From: Parabacteroides sp.
GTDB lineage: Bacteria; Bacteroidota; Bacteroidia; Bacteroidales; Tannerellaceae
Direction of reading: 5' to 3'
Length of the DNA: 64,000 bases
Assembly: GCA_017481945.1 (NCBI GenBank)
Contig: JAFUOJ010000018.1
Coordinates: 58,744 to 122,743, forward strand
Part shown: piece by piece, positions 1 to 8,924 of the stretch
Numbering within the stretch: the stretch's first letter is position 1
Layout of the letters: every line of letters starts with the position of its first letter
Translations under genes and position numbers: made by a program
The notes under the pieces: generated by a model
What the model was told of the DNA's origin: nothing
Databases searched by the model: none
The model's input: only the letters and a program-made list of their open reading frames with translations

Positions 1-2
1 TT

Positions 3-989
3 GCCGATGATGCCGGAAATACTGCTCAGGAGTTCTATACGAATAGAACAGTCGTTCAACTTATGGCTGAGATACTGCAGCCACAACCGAATGAAAGCAT
101 TTATGACCCAACTTGTGGTTCCGGGGGTATGTTGGTTAAATGTTTAGACTATCTTCGCAACAAAGGTGCAGAGTGGCAGAGTGTACAGGTGTTCGGACAA
201 GAGGTGAATGGCTTGACTTCTTCTATTGCACGAATGAATCTTTATTTGAATGGAGTTGAAGATTTTTCGATTGCATGTGCAGATACGTTGGAGCATCCTG
301 CATTCTTGGATGGCAGCCATCTTCGTAAGTTCGACATTGTTCTGGCAAATCCTCCTTATTCAATCAAAGAATGGAATCGTGAAAAATTCATGAATGATAA
401 GTGGGGACGTAATTTTTTGGGAACACCTCCTCAGGGAAGAGCTGATTATGCATTTCTTCAGCATATCATAGCTTCAATGAATGAAACTCAGGGAAGATGT
501 GCGATTCTTTTCCCCCATGGTGTACTATTTCGTGATGAAGAATTAGAATTACGAAAGAAACTCGTTGAAATGGATATACTTGATTGTATAATAGGTTTGG
601 GAGCAAACTTGTTTTATAATTCTCCTATGGAAGCTTGCATATTAATATGTAACTGCTCAAAGGCTAATAGCAAAAAGAATCGAGTTTTGATGATAAATGC
701 TGTGAATGAAGTTACAAGAAAAAATGCAGAGAGTATGTTGTTGGCAGAGCATATACAAAAGATTGTAAATGCATACCAGCAAAATAGAGAATTGGATGGC
801 TTCTCAAGAATTGTAAGTAATGATGAAATTAGAGAAAAGAAGTTTAATCTGAATATATCATTGTATGCATATCAAAGTGTACTACAGGATGCACTTACTG
901 TCTCTAAAGAGGATGCTATAAATGTTTGGATTTCCTCTCATAGTCAATGTATAAATGAAATGGATGAGTTAATTAAGTTGATTAAATAG
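3..989 (+). CDS. hsdM: Type I restriction-modification methyltransferase subunit (5'-truncated by window edge)
   Basis: Frame is open from base 3 (ADDAGNTAQEFYTNRTVVQL) into the 63..989 ORF; motif I YDPTCGSGG, motif IV ANPPY, FPHGVLFR; directly followed by hsdS. Confidence 0.93.
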   Translation, partial: ADDAGNTAQEFYTNRTVVQLMAEILQPQPNESIYDPTCGSGGMLVKCLDYLRNKGAEWQSVQVFGQEVNGLTSSIARMNLYLNGVEDFSIACADTLEHPAFLDGSHLRKFDIVLANPPYSIKEWNREKFMNDKWGRNFLGTPPQGRADYAFLQHIIASMNETQGRCAILFPHGVLFRDEELELRKKLVEMDILDCIIGLGANLFYNSPMEACILICNCSKANSKKNRVLMINAVNEVTRKNAESMLLAEHIQKIVNAYQQNRELDGFSRIVSNDEIREKKFNLNISLYAYQSVLQDALTVSKEDAINVWISSHSQCINEMDELIKLIK

Positions 990-990
990 T

Positions 991-2100
991 ATGGGTGTAG
1001 TAAAATTAGGTGATGTCGCTCGTGAAAGTCGACTTAAATGGACAAAAAGTAAACAGGATGTTCTTATAGTTGGTTTGGAACATCTTATCCCTGATGAAAT
1101 ACGTTTTGATGCATATGATATAAATACAGATAATACTTTTTCAAAAAGGTTTGTAAAGGGACAAGTCTTATTTGGTAGACGTCGAGCTTATCAACGTAAG
1201 GCTGCAATTGCTGAATTTGATGGTATATGCTCAGGCGACATAACTGTAATAGAAGCAATAGAAGGGAAAATGGTGCCTGAGTTATTGCCTTTCATAATTC
1301 AAACACCTGTATTTTTTGATTATGCTAATAGAGGCTCTGCTGGATCTCTATCACCTCGTGTAAAATGGGAGCATTTGGCTGATTATGAGTTCGAATTACC
1401 TCCATTAGAGGAACAAAAAATTCTTGCTGATAAATTATGGGCAGCCTATCGATTGAAGGAGGCCTATAAAAAGCTACTTGATGCCACTGATGAAATGGTG
1501 AAATCGCAATTTATCGAGATGGTGGGTGATCCAAGAAACAACCCGAAAGGCTGGCCAACAAAAAGACTTTCAGAATTGGCAGAATATTCCATAGGCTTAA
1601 CTTATAAGCCCGAACAAATTTGTGATGATGGTACCATTGTGCTTAGGTCTGGTAACATACAAGATGGGAAAATATCCTTTTCAGATATTGTCAGGGTTAA
1701 TGCGCCAATCAAAGAAAGCCTCTTCGTGAAAGAAGACGATATCCTGATGTGCAGCCGTAATGGAAGTGCTTCACTTGTAGGTAAAGTGGCTATGATTCCC
1801 GACATTAATGAACCAATGACTTTTGGTGCGTTCATGACTATAATACGTTCTGCCGAGGCAAAATACTTGTACCTCTATTTCCAATCTCAAGATTTCAGAG
1901 AACGTGTTAGTGAGGGAAAGTCCTCAACAATGAACCAAATCACGCAAAAGATGCTTGATAAAGTCGAGGTTCCCTTCCCCGACAAAGATGTTCGAGAGAC
2001 TTTATCGGCCATCGCATCTCAGGCAGATAAATCAAAATTTGAATTGCGTAAATCAATAGATGCAATAGATAAAGTAATTAAAAGTTTAATTAACAATTAA
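991..2100 (+). CDS. hsdS: Type I R-M specificity subunit (expressed copy: TRD1 + TRD cassette a)
   Basis: Two TRDs with conserved helices LPPLEEQ...KSQFIEM and VPFPDK...QADKSKF; 1 nt after hsdM stop. Confidence 0.92.
   Translation: MGVVKLGDVARESRLKWTKSKQDVLIVGLEHLIPDEIRFDAYDINTDNTFSKRFVKGQVLFGRRRAYQRKAAIAEFDGICSGDITVIEAIEGKMVPELLPFIIQTPVFFDYANRGSAGSLSPRVKWEHLADYEFELPPLEEQKILADKLWAAYRLKEAYKKLLDATDEMVKSQFIEMVGDPRNNPKGWPTKRLSELAEYSIGLTYKPEQICDDGTIVLRSGNIQDGKISFSDIVRVNAPIKESLFVKEDDILMCSRNGSASLVGKVAMIPDINEPMTFGAFMTIIRSAEAKYLYLYFQSQDFRERVSEGKSSTMNQITQKMLDKVEVPFPDKDVRETLSAIASQADKSKFELRKSIDAIDKVIKSLINN
1501..1521 (+). repeat. hsdS repeat R1 copy a (AAATCGCAATTTATCGAGATG; KSQFIEM)
   Basis: 21/21 identical to 5321..5341; 18/18 core identical to 4757..4774; same orientation and codon register. 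Confidence 0.92.
2020..2041 (+). repeat. hsdS repeat R2 copy a (CAGGCAGATAAATCAAAATTTG; QADKSKF)
   Basis: Near-identical direct copies at 5291..5312 and 5852..5870. Confidence 0.85.
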
Positions 2101-2112
2101 AATTATAGCCAT

Positions 2113-3669
2113 ATGATTGACAGAACAGTAAAATTTCCCCAAATAGGTGATGTGTCAAGTACACAATCGTATGTGCTTGTTGGGGCGAATGGTAGTGGAA
2201 AAAGTCATTTGGGAGCATGGACTGAAAAAAATAATGATAAAGTTTTACGTATCTCTGCTCAACGTGCATTATCTATTCCTGATACTATTAACATTATAAA
2301 TGAAGAGGCTGCATGGAAAAATATATTCTATGGCAATCCCACTCAAACAGATAAAGGTTATAAATGGAAGTGGGGAAAAGAAACATCTACACTAGTAAAT
2401 GATTATGAAAGTGTTTTATCAAGTGTCTTTTCTAGGGAGACTGATGAACTTCGAGTATTTAAGGATTTGTGCGATAAAGGGGATAAGCCCAATAGATATG
2501 AGACAATAGTTGAAAAAATCAAGATGATTTGGAACCAAGTATTACCACAAAGAGAGCTTGTTCTAGAGAAATTTGAAGCAAAAGCAAAGTACAAAGAGGA
2601 GTTATATAAGGCAGGTTCTATGTCTGATGGAGAAAGGGTTTGTCTCTATCTTATTGCGCAATGCTTAATAACTCCTGATGATTATATTATTGTTGTTGAT
2701 GAACCGGAAATTCACCTTCATACATCTATAATGAAAAGGCTTTGGGGTGAGATTGAAAGGTATTGTCCCAATAAGACTTTTGTTTATATAACCCATGACT
2801 TAAATTTTGCAACCTCAAGGAAAACAGCAACCAAGATATGGGTGCAGTCATATGATGGACATGATAGTTGGGAAATTTATCAGATAGAAGATAATGATGA
2901 CATTCCAGAAGCTCTTTTCTTGGAAGTATTAGGTACTAGAAGTCCCATTCTGTTTGTGGAAGGGGGAAAAACTAGTTATGATTTGCCTTTATATAAAGAA
3001 GTTTTCGGTAATTATTTGGTCATCCCATGTGATAATTGTCGAAAAGTTATAGAGTTGACAAAGGCATTTAATAATGAAAAAGTAAAGTCTTTGCACACAT
3101 ATGATGTAAAGGGGTTAATTGATCATGACTTTTTAACTGATATTGAGAAAGATAGTTATCTAAAACAGAATATATATACATTGGATGTGTTAGAAGTGGA
3201 GAACTTATTTCTCATAGAACCTTTGATTAAACTTGCGGCCAAGCAAATAGGTGATAATGAGAATGAAGCATTTCAAAAAGTAAGTGATTTTCTTTTTGAA
3301 CAAATGGAGCAAGGTAAATATGACATAGTCAACTCTATTTGTATAAAAGAAATAAGACACAAACTAAATTGTTTTTCATCTAAAGGCAATAAAGGCGAAG
3401 ATATACAAAACGATTTAAATAATCATATTTCTGAAATTGATGTAAATGCGATATTTGTTCAGACTGAAACAAATATCTCAGATATTATTGCAGAAAGGGA
3501 TTATAAAAAAATGTTGAATGTGTTTAACCATAAGGGAATGTGTCAACGAGTTACTGGTATAATCGGTCTTAAAAAGAAATATCCGCAAGTAGTACTTGAT
3601 TTGATAAAAGGAGAAAAACGAGATGAGATTATAAGTGCATTATTGGGATACTTGCCAAAGATTGATTGA
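2113..3669 (+). CDS. Fused ABC-type ATPase + TOPRIM (DUF4435-like) protein, PARIS AriAB-like anti-phage protein
   Basis: Walker A GANGSGKS, signature MSDGE, Walker B VVDEPEIHLH, H-loop ITHD; C-terminal TOPRIM-type motifs FVEG, GLIDHD, EVEN; AT-rich. Confidence 0.72.
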   Translation: MIDRTVKFPQIGDVSSTQSYVLVGANGSGKSHLGAWTEKNNDKVLRISAQRALSIPDTINIINEEAAWKNIFYGNPTQTDKGYKWKWGKETSTLVNDYESVLSSVFSRETDELRVFKDLCDKGDKPNRYETIVEKIKMIWNQVLPQRELVLEKFEAKAKYKEELYKAGSMSDGERVCLYLIAQCLITPDDYIIVVDEPEIHLHTSIMKRLWGEIERYCPNKTFVYITHDLNFATSRKTATKIWVQSYDGHDSWEIYQIEDNDDIPEALFLEVLGTRSPILFVEGGKTSYDLPLYKEVFGNYLVIPCDNCRKVIELTKAFNNEKVKSLHTYDVKGLIDHDFLTDIEKDSYLKQNIYTLDVLEVENLFLIEPLIKLAAKQIGDNENEAFQKVSDFLFEQMEQGKYDIVNSICIKEIRHKLNCFSSKGNKGEDIQNDLNNHISEIDVNAIFVQTETNISDIIAERDYKKMLNVFNHKGMCQRVTGIIGLKKKYPQVVLDLIKGEKRDEIISALLGYLPKID

Positions 3670-3768
3670 ATTTAAGTTATTCCCTTAGAATAAAGAGCTT
3701 AATAAACGGCTAGAATAGATAGATACGTTGATACTGCAGCTTAATTGGATAACTAATTTATTAATAAT

Positions 3769-4752
3769 ATGATAGAGAATCTGATTAATGACATAGAGCA
3801 GGCTATGCTGGGAGTTTTAAACAACGAGCAAATGAGTCAATTGCGAAAGGTATTGGATTATACTTTTCGTGATATCAACGTATCTTCTAAGAACAATGAA
3901 GAGTGTAGTGGAAATAGTGAGTTGATAGATATCTTTTTATCGGCCAAAAGAGTTGAAGGATGTTCGGATAAGTCGATGCACTATTATCGAAGTACGTTAA
4001 ATAATGCAATCAGGAAAATAGGAAAAAATATTCGTCATATTACGACGGATGATTTGCGTAGTTATCTAAATGACTACCAACTAACAAGTGGGGCAACAAA
4101 GGTTACGGTAGACAATATACGTCGCATTTTGTCAAGTTTCTTTTCATGGCTTGAGGATGAAGATTATATTGTCAAGAGCCCGGTACGTCGGATTCATAAA
4201 GTAAAAGTCGGGAAAACAGTCAAAGAAACATACTCCGATGAAGCTTTGGAACAAATGCGAGACCATTGCGAAGGCATTCGCGATTTAGCCTTGATAGATT
4301 TGTTAGCTTCTACTGGTATGCGTGTCGGTGAGTTGGTCAAACTTAATAGGAACGATATAGATTTTGAAAATAGGGAATGTATCGTTACCGGTAAGGGAGA
4401 TAAACAACGCCGAGTTTATTTCGATGCTCGTACAAAGATACATTTACAACGTTATTTTGCAGAGCGGATAGATGATAATCCGGCTCTGTTTGTCTCGTTA
4501 TTAGCACCTTATGACCGCCTACAGATAAGTGGCGTGGAAATTCGGTTACGTCGATTGGGACGTGAATTGAATATTCCTAAGGTACATCCTCATAAATTTC
4601 GTCGAACGTTGGCAACAATGGCGATAGATAAAGGTATGCCTATAGAGCAGGTGCAGCATCTCTTAGGGCATCAAAGTCTTGATACAACATTGCAATATGC
4701 TATGGTGAATCAGACAAATGTAAAAATGTCTCACCGTAAATTTATTGGTTAG
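3769..4752 (+). CDS. Tyrosine recombinase (XerC/D-like) associated with hsdS cassettes
   Basis: TGMRVGEL, GKGDKQR, HPHKFRRT, LLGH...TTLQY catalytic residues; N-terminal SAM-like domain; lies between hsdS and spare TRD cassettes. Confidence 0.93.
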   Translation: MIENLINDIEQAMLGVLNNEQMSQLRKVLDYTFRDINVSSKNNEECSGNSELIDIFLSAKRVEGCSDKSMHYYRSTLNNAIRKIGKNIRHITTDDLRSYLNDYQLTSGATKVTVDNIRRILSSFFSWLEDEDYIVKSPVRRIHKVKVGKTVKETYSDEALEQMRDHCEGIRDLALIDLLASTGMRVGELVKLNRNDIDFENRECIVTGKGDKQRRVYFDARTKIHLQRYFAERIDDNPALFVSLLAPYDRLQISGVEIRLRRLGRELNIPKVHPHKFRRTLATMAIDKGMPIEQVQHLLGHQSLDTTLQYAMVNQTNVKMSHRKFIG

Positions 4753-4753
4753 T

Positions 4754-5938
4754 ATGTCGCAATTTATCGAGATGTTTGGAAATCCTCTTTCTTCAAAACA
4801 GAAGAATGAGTTGAAGAGGTTAGGACAATGCTGTATTATTAATCCAAGACGACCTAACATTGCTCTTTGCGACACAGATAAAGTCTCTTTTATTCCTATG
4901 CCGGCGGTAAGTGAGGATGGATATTTGGTAGATATGGCTGACGAAGAATATGGAAAAGTAAAAAAGGGCTTTACATATTTTGAGAATAATGATGTCTTGT
5001 TTGCCAAGATTACACCTTGTATGGAGAATGGGAAAGGTGCTATTGCTTATGGACTTACAAATGGAATAGGAGTGGGATCTACAGAATTTCATGTATTGCG
5101 GCCAATTAACGGAATATCTAGTCCTTATTGGCTGTTAACATTAACACGAATGCCTATATTTCGTGAGCGTGCTGCAAAAAATATGTCTGGAACAGGCGGT
5201 CAGAAAAGAGTTAGTGCTTCATATCTGAACCATTTTATGGTTGGGTTGCCTGCGATAGAGGAACAAAGGCGTTTTGAAGCAATATATAGACAAGCCGACA
5301 AATCAAAATTTGGCGACTTCAAATCGCAATTTATCGAGATGTTTGGAACCGTTGAGAATAATACCCATAACTTTCCAATTATGACTATTGGTGAGTTTGC
5401 AAATTGTTTTGCTGGAGCAACTCCAAGCACATCTCATCCTGAATATTGGGAGAATGGAAGAATAAGATGGATGAGTTCTGGCGAGGTACACAAAGGTCAT
5501 GTAGAAGATACAGATTCTCGCATTACTGAGCTTGGATATAAGAGCGCAAGTACAAGGATGGTTCCAATACATTCTATTGTAATTGCTATCGCTGGTCAAG
5601 GTAAAACTCGTGGTACTGTGGCTATTACAGAAGTTGATCTGTGTACAAATCAGTCTTTGTGTGCTATTGTACCCGACGAGCGTGTAAACTACTCATATCT
5701 TTACCATAATCTTCAGGGGAGATATCTCGAACTTAGAGGTCTGTCTGGAGATGTTAATGGTAGAGGAGGTCTTAACTTGAAGATAATCCAAAAGATTCCT
5801 GTTATACTGCCTCCAATAGAGAAGCAACAACAGTTTGCATCCATTGCCCAACAAGCCGATAAATCAAAATCTGTCATTCAAAAAGCTTTAGTATATTTGA
5901 ATGACATACAGAGTGACGAATTAAGGAAAATCGCTTAA
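4754..5938 (+). CDS. hsdS: Second hsdS-like ORF made of two tandem spare TRD cassettes (b and c)
   Basis: SQFIEMFG-TRD-QADKSKF-GDF-KSQFIEMFG-TRD-QADKSK; ATG at 4754 one base after the recombinase stop. Confidence 0.85.
   Translation: MSQFIEMFGNPLSSKQKNELKRLGQCCIINPRRPNIALCDTDKVSFIPMPAVSEDGYLVDMADEEYGKVKKGFTYFENNDVLFAKITPCMENGKGAIAYGLTNGIGVGSTEFHVLRPINGISSPYWLLTLTRMPIFRERAAKNMSGTGGQKRVSASYLNHFMVGLPAIEEQRRFEAIYRQADKSKFGDFKSQFIEMFGTVENNTHNFPIMTIGEFANCFAGATPSTSHPEYWENGRIRWMSSGEVHKGHVEDTDSRITELGYKSASTRMVPIHSIVIAIAGQGKTRGTVAITEVDLCTNQSLCAIVPDERVNYSYLYHNLQGRYLELRGLSGDVNGRGGLNLKIIQKIPVILPPIEKQQQFASIAQQADKSKSVIQKALVYLNDIQSDELRKIA
4757..4781 (+). repeat. hsdS repeat R1 copy b
   Basis: TCGCAATTTATCGAGATGTTTGGAA, 25/25 identical to 5324..5348. 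Confidence 0.92.
5291..5348 (+). repeat. Adjacent R2 copy b (5291..5312) and R1 copy c (5321..5348), cassette junction
   Basis: CAAGCCGACAAATCAAAATTTG-GCGACTTC-AAATCGCAATTTATCGAGATGTTTGGAA. Confidence 0.9.
5852..5870 (+). repeat. hsdS repeat R2 copy c
   Basis: CAAGCCGATAAATCAAAAT, 18/19 identical to 5291..5309. Confidence 0.85.
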
Positions 5939-5970
5939 TTATTAAATTGATAACAATAAAAATCATAGAT

Positions 5971-8901
5971 ATGTTTAACGAAGACAATACAGTGGAGCAA
6001 ATGCTCATAGAAGCTGCAACCCAAAGTAGTTGGCAGTATGTAAAGTCACAGGATATACCTCGTAGTTCTGATTCTGTCCTTGTTGAATCATGGCTATTGG
6101 AAGCTCTTGTCAGGTTAAATCCAATAACACGTCAACAAGCGGAGCAAGTTATTTATAAACTCCGTGCTGCTATTACTTGTGGAGGTAATTATGATGAATT
6201 GGTGACTGCCAATGACCGTTTTCGTACATTGTTATTTAATGAAAACACAGAGCCTTTTGGAAAGGATGGTGAATATATACCTATCAGATTCTTTAGCGAA
6301 GATGCGGTCGAAGATTATTGTGTAGTGACCAATCAATGGGAGTTTCCACGTAGTTCTGTTGAAGGAGGTAAACGTTTGGATTTGGTTTATCTGATAAATG
6401 GAATTCCGGTTTGTGTTGGTGAAGTAAAATCTCCTGTTCGTCCTCAGATAACATGGGCTGACGGAGCCATTGATATGCTGCATTACGAAAAGAGCATTCC
6501 AGAAATGTTTGTTCCGAATATATTAACCTTTGCTACAGAAGGCAAAGAACTTCAATATGCCGGCATCTGTGCCCCTGTTGACAAATGGGGACCTTGGTTT
6601 AAAGATGAAAGTCGTCAGCATGGTACAATAGAGTCGGTTAAAAGTAACGTAATGGGGTTGGTTCAACCAAACCGACTGCTTGACATATATCGTTACTATA
6701 GTGTTTTTACAGGAACATCATCAGGCAAAAAAATAAAAATAGTTTGCCGTTATCAACAATATCTAGGTGGTGAAGCTATTGTTCAGCGTGTCTTAAACAC
6801 ATATCGTGAGAAACAAGGTCCGAAGAAAGGTCTTATTTGGCATTTCCAGGGTTCGGGAAAATCATGGTTGATGGTATTCGCTGCCCAAAAATTACGTTTG
6901 CAGAATGAATTACATGCTCCCACTGTTGTTATCGTTGATGACCGTATTGATTTGGAAGATCAGATAACGGGCGATTTTACTCGTGCTGATATTCCCAATA
7001 TAGAACCTGCAAAGACAAAAGAAGAGTTAGTTGCATTTTTCAAGCAGGATCAGCGCAAGATTTTGATAACGACAATTTTCAAGTTCGGAGATGTTGATAG
7101 TGTACTGAATGAAAGAGATAATATCATTTTATTGGTAGATGAAGCACACCGAACTCAGGAAAAGGATTTAGGACAAAAAATGCGCAGTGCACTACCTAAT
7201 GCATTTTTCTTTGGCCTTACCGGAACGCCTATCAATAAACGAGATAAGAATACTTTTCAATCTTTTGGAGCTGATGAGGATTTAGAGAAAGGTGGATATA
7301 TTTCAAAGTATACTTTCCAAAATTCTGTTGAAGATGGAGCTACGCTTGAATTGAATTTCCAAACAGTGCCGGTAGAGATGCATCTTAACGAAGCTCAATT
7401 ACAAGAAGAGTTTGATGAACTGACCGATCAAATATCAGAGGAAGAAAAGAACGAATTAGTAAAACGAACTTCTGTTGAAGCATTTTTTACAGCGGAGAAG
7501 CGAATTAACGATGTCGCACGTTATATTGTAAATCACTTCAAAGAGTATGTAGAGCCCACTGGAATGAAAGCTCAAGTCGTGGTATATAACCGAGACTGCT
7601 GTGTGAAATATAAGAAAGCGATTGATGCTCTTTTGGGTTCGGAAGATGCAACCACTATCGTTATGCATACGGCTGGCGATAAAGCTGATGAGTATAAGGC
7701 ATACTGTCGTGATAGAGAACAAGAAAGAAAACTTCTTGACCAATTCCGTGATCCATTGTCACCGATTAAAATGGTGATTGTCACTTCAAAGCTGTTGACA
7801 GGTTTTGATGCTCCAATTTTGCAATGTATGTATCTTGATAAACCAATGAAGGATCATACGTTGTTACAAGCTATTTGCCGTACGAATAGAAAGTACAATG
7901 TTGATAAGAAATGTGGTCTGATTGTAGATTTCGTTGGTGTATTTGATAATGTAGCCAAAAGCCTTGCTTTTGATGAGGAGACGGTAAAAACGGTTGTAAA
8001 GAATATTGATGAGATAAAAGTGTTGATACCTCAATTTTTACAAGAGTGTATTGACTTTTTCCCTGGTGTAGACCGGACAATCGGTGGTTGGGAAGGTTTG
8101 CAAGCTGCCCAGCAATGTTTACTTGATGAGTCTACAAAAACGAATTTTGCAAAACATTTTTCACGATTGGCTAAAGCTTGGGAAACAGTAAGCCCGGATG
8201 CAATGCTGGCTGCTTATCAGGCGGATTATACTTGGCTGGCTCAGGTATATCAAAGTGTACGTCCTGTTAGTACCGGAGGATCACTCATATGGACTTTATT
8301 GGGTGCTAAAACCATTGAAATCATTCATCGTAACATTGATACAATTGATATTGGGACTCCACTTGAGGATCTTGTGGTAGATGGAGATGTAATTGATATG
8401 GTGTTGGAGCAAGCCAAAGACAATCCTAAAAAGATATTGGAAGTGGAAAAAATGCTTCGTTTGAGGTTAGGAGAGCATCATGGAGACCCTAATTACAAGG
8501 TATTTGCTGAGAAGTTGGATGAACTGCGCCGTCATATGGAGGAGAATCTTATAACTAGTATTGATTTCCTCCGAGGATTGCTCACCCTTGCCAAAGAAGT
8601 GCTTGAAGAAGAAAAAAACTCAAATCAACCTCTTGACAAGAGGGAACAAGCTAAAGCTGCTCTTACGGAGTTGTTTGAATCAATTAAAACTGAGGATACA
8701 CCTATCATTGTAGAACGTGTAGTTGCTGATATTGATGAAAATGTAGTAGCTATTGTACGTAAGTTTAAAGATGCTTTTAAAAGCATTACAGCTCAGCGAG
8801 AGATAAAAAAGAAACTACGTTCTATTCTGTGGGTTAACTACCAGATTAAAGATCAAGAAGTTTTTGATAAGGCTTATCAGTATATTGAGATGTATTACTA
8901 A
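5971..8901 (+). CDS. hsdR: Type I restriction endonuclease subunit R
   Basis: Nuclease motif RLDLVYLINGIP..GEVKS, Walker A WHFQGSGKS, DEAHR, GLTGTP, LLTGFDAP, QAICRTNR; ATG 5971 preferred over TTG 5947. Confidence 0.95.
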   Translation: MFNEDNTVEQMLIEAATQSSWQYVKSQDIPRSSDSVLVESWLLEALVRLNPITRQQAEQVIYKLRAAITCGGNYDELVTANDRFRTLLFNENTEPFGKDGEYIPIRFFSEDAVEDYCVVTNQWEFPRSSVEGGKRLDLVYLINGIPVCVGEVKSPVRPQITWADGAIDMLHYEKSIPEMFVPNILTFATEGKELQYAGICAPVDKWGPWFKDESRQHGTIESVKSNVMGLVQPNRLLDIYRYYSVFTGTSSGKKIKIVCRYQQYLGGEAIVQRVLNTYREKQGPKKGLIWHFQGSGKSWLMVFAAQKLRLQNELHAPTVVIVDDRIDLEDQITGDFTRADIPNIEPAKTKEELVAFFKQDQRKILITTIFKFGDVDSVLNERDNIILLVDEAHRTQEKDLGQKMRSALPNAFFFGLTGTPINKRDKNTFQSFGADEDLEKGGYISKYTFQNSVEDGATLELNFQTVPVEMHLNEAQLQEEFDELTDQISEEEKNELVKRTSVEAFFTAEKRINDVARYIVNHFKEYVEPTGMKAQVVVYNRDCCVKYKKAIDALLGSEDATTIVMHTAGDKADEYKAYCRDREQERKLLDQFRDPLSPIKMVIVTSKLLTGFDAPILQCMYLDKPMKDHTLLQAICRTNRKYNVDKKCGLIVDFVGVFDNVAKSLAFDEETVKTVVKNIDEIKVLIPQFLQECIDFFPGVDRTIGGWEGLQAAQQCLLDESTKTNFAKHFSRLAKAWETVSPDAMLAAYQADYTWLAQVYQSVRPVSTGGSLIWTLLGAKTIEIIHRNIDTIDIGTPLEDLVVDGDVIDMVLEQAKDNPKKILEVEKMLRLRLGEHHGDPNYKVFAEKLDELRRHMEENLITSIDFLRGLLTLAKEVLEEEKNSNQPLDKREQAKAALTELFESIKTEDTPIIVERVVADIDENVVAIVRKFKDAFKSITAQREIKKKLRSILWVNYQIKDQEVFDKAYQYIEMYY

Positions 8902-8924
8902 TCGGTTGATAAAATGAATTTGTT

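Noticed and set aside
3769-4752. Integron integrase or the island's own integrase
   Set aside because: No attC-like cassettes; context is hsdS repeats, and a separate arm-binding integrase lies next to the att end
991-5938. Invertible (ivr-type) hsdS locus
   Set aside because: All repeat copies and TRD cassettes found are in direct orientation; no inverted copy seen in the window
5947-5970. Extended N-termini from the ORF track (also 25249, 20928, 18641, 44828, 53684, 56352)
   Set aside because: Non-ATG or promoter-overlapping starts; downstream ATGs fit family N-termini better
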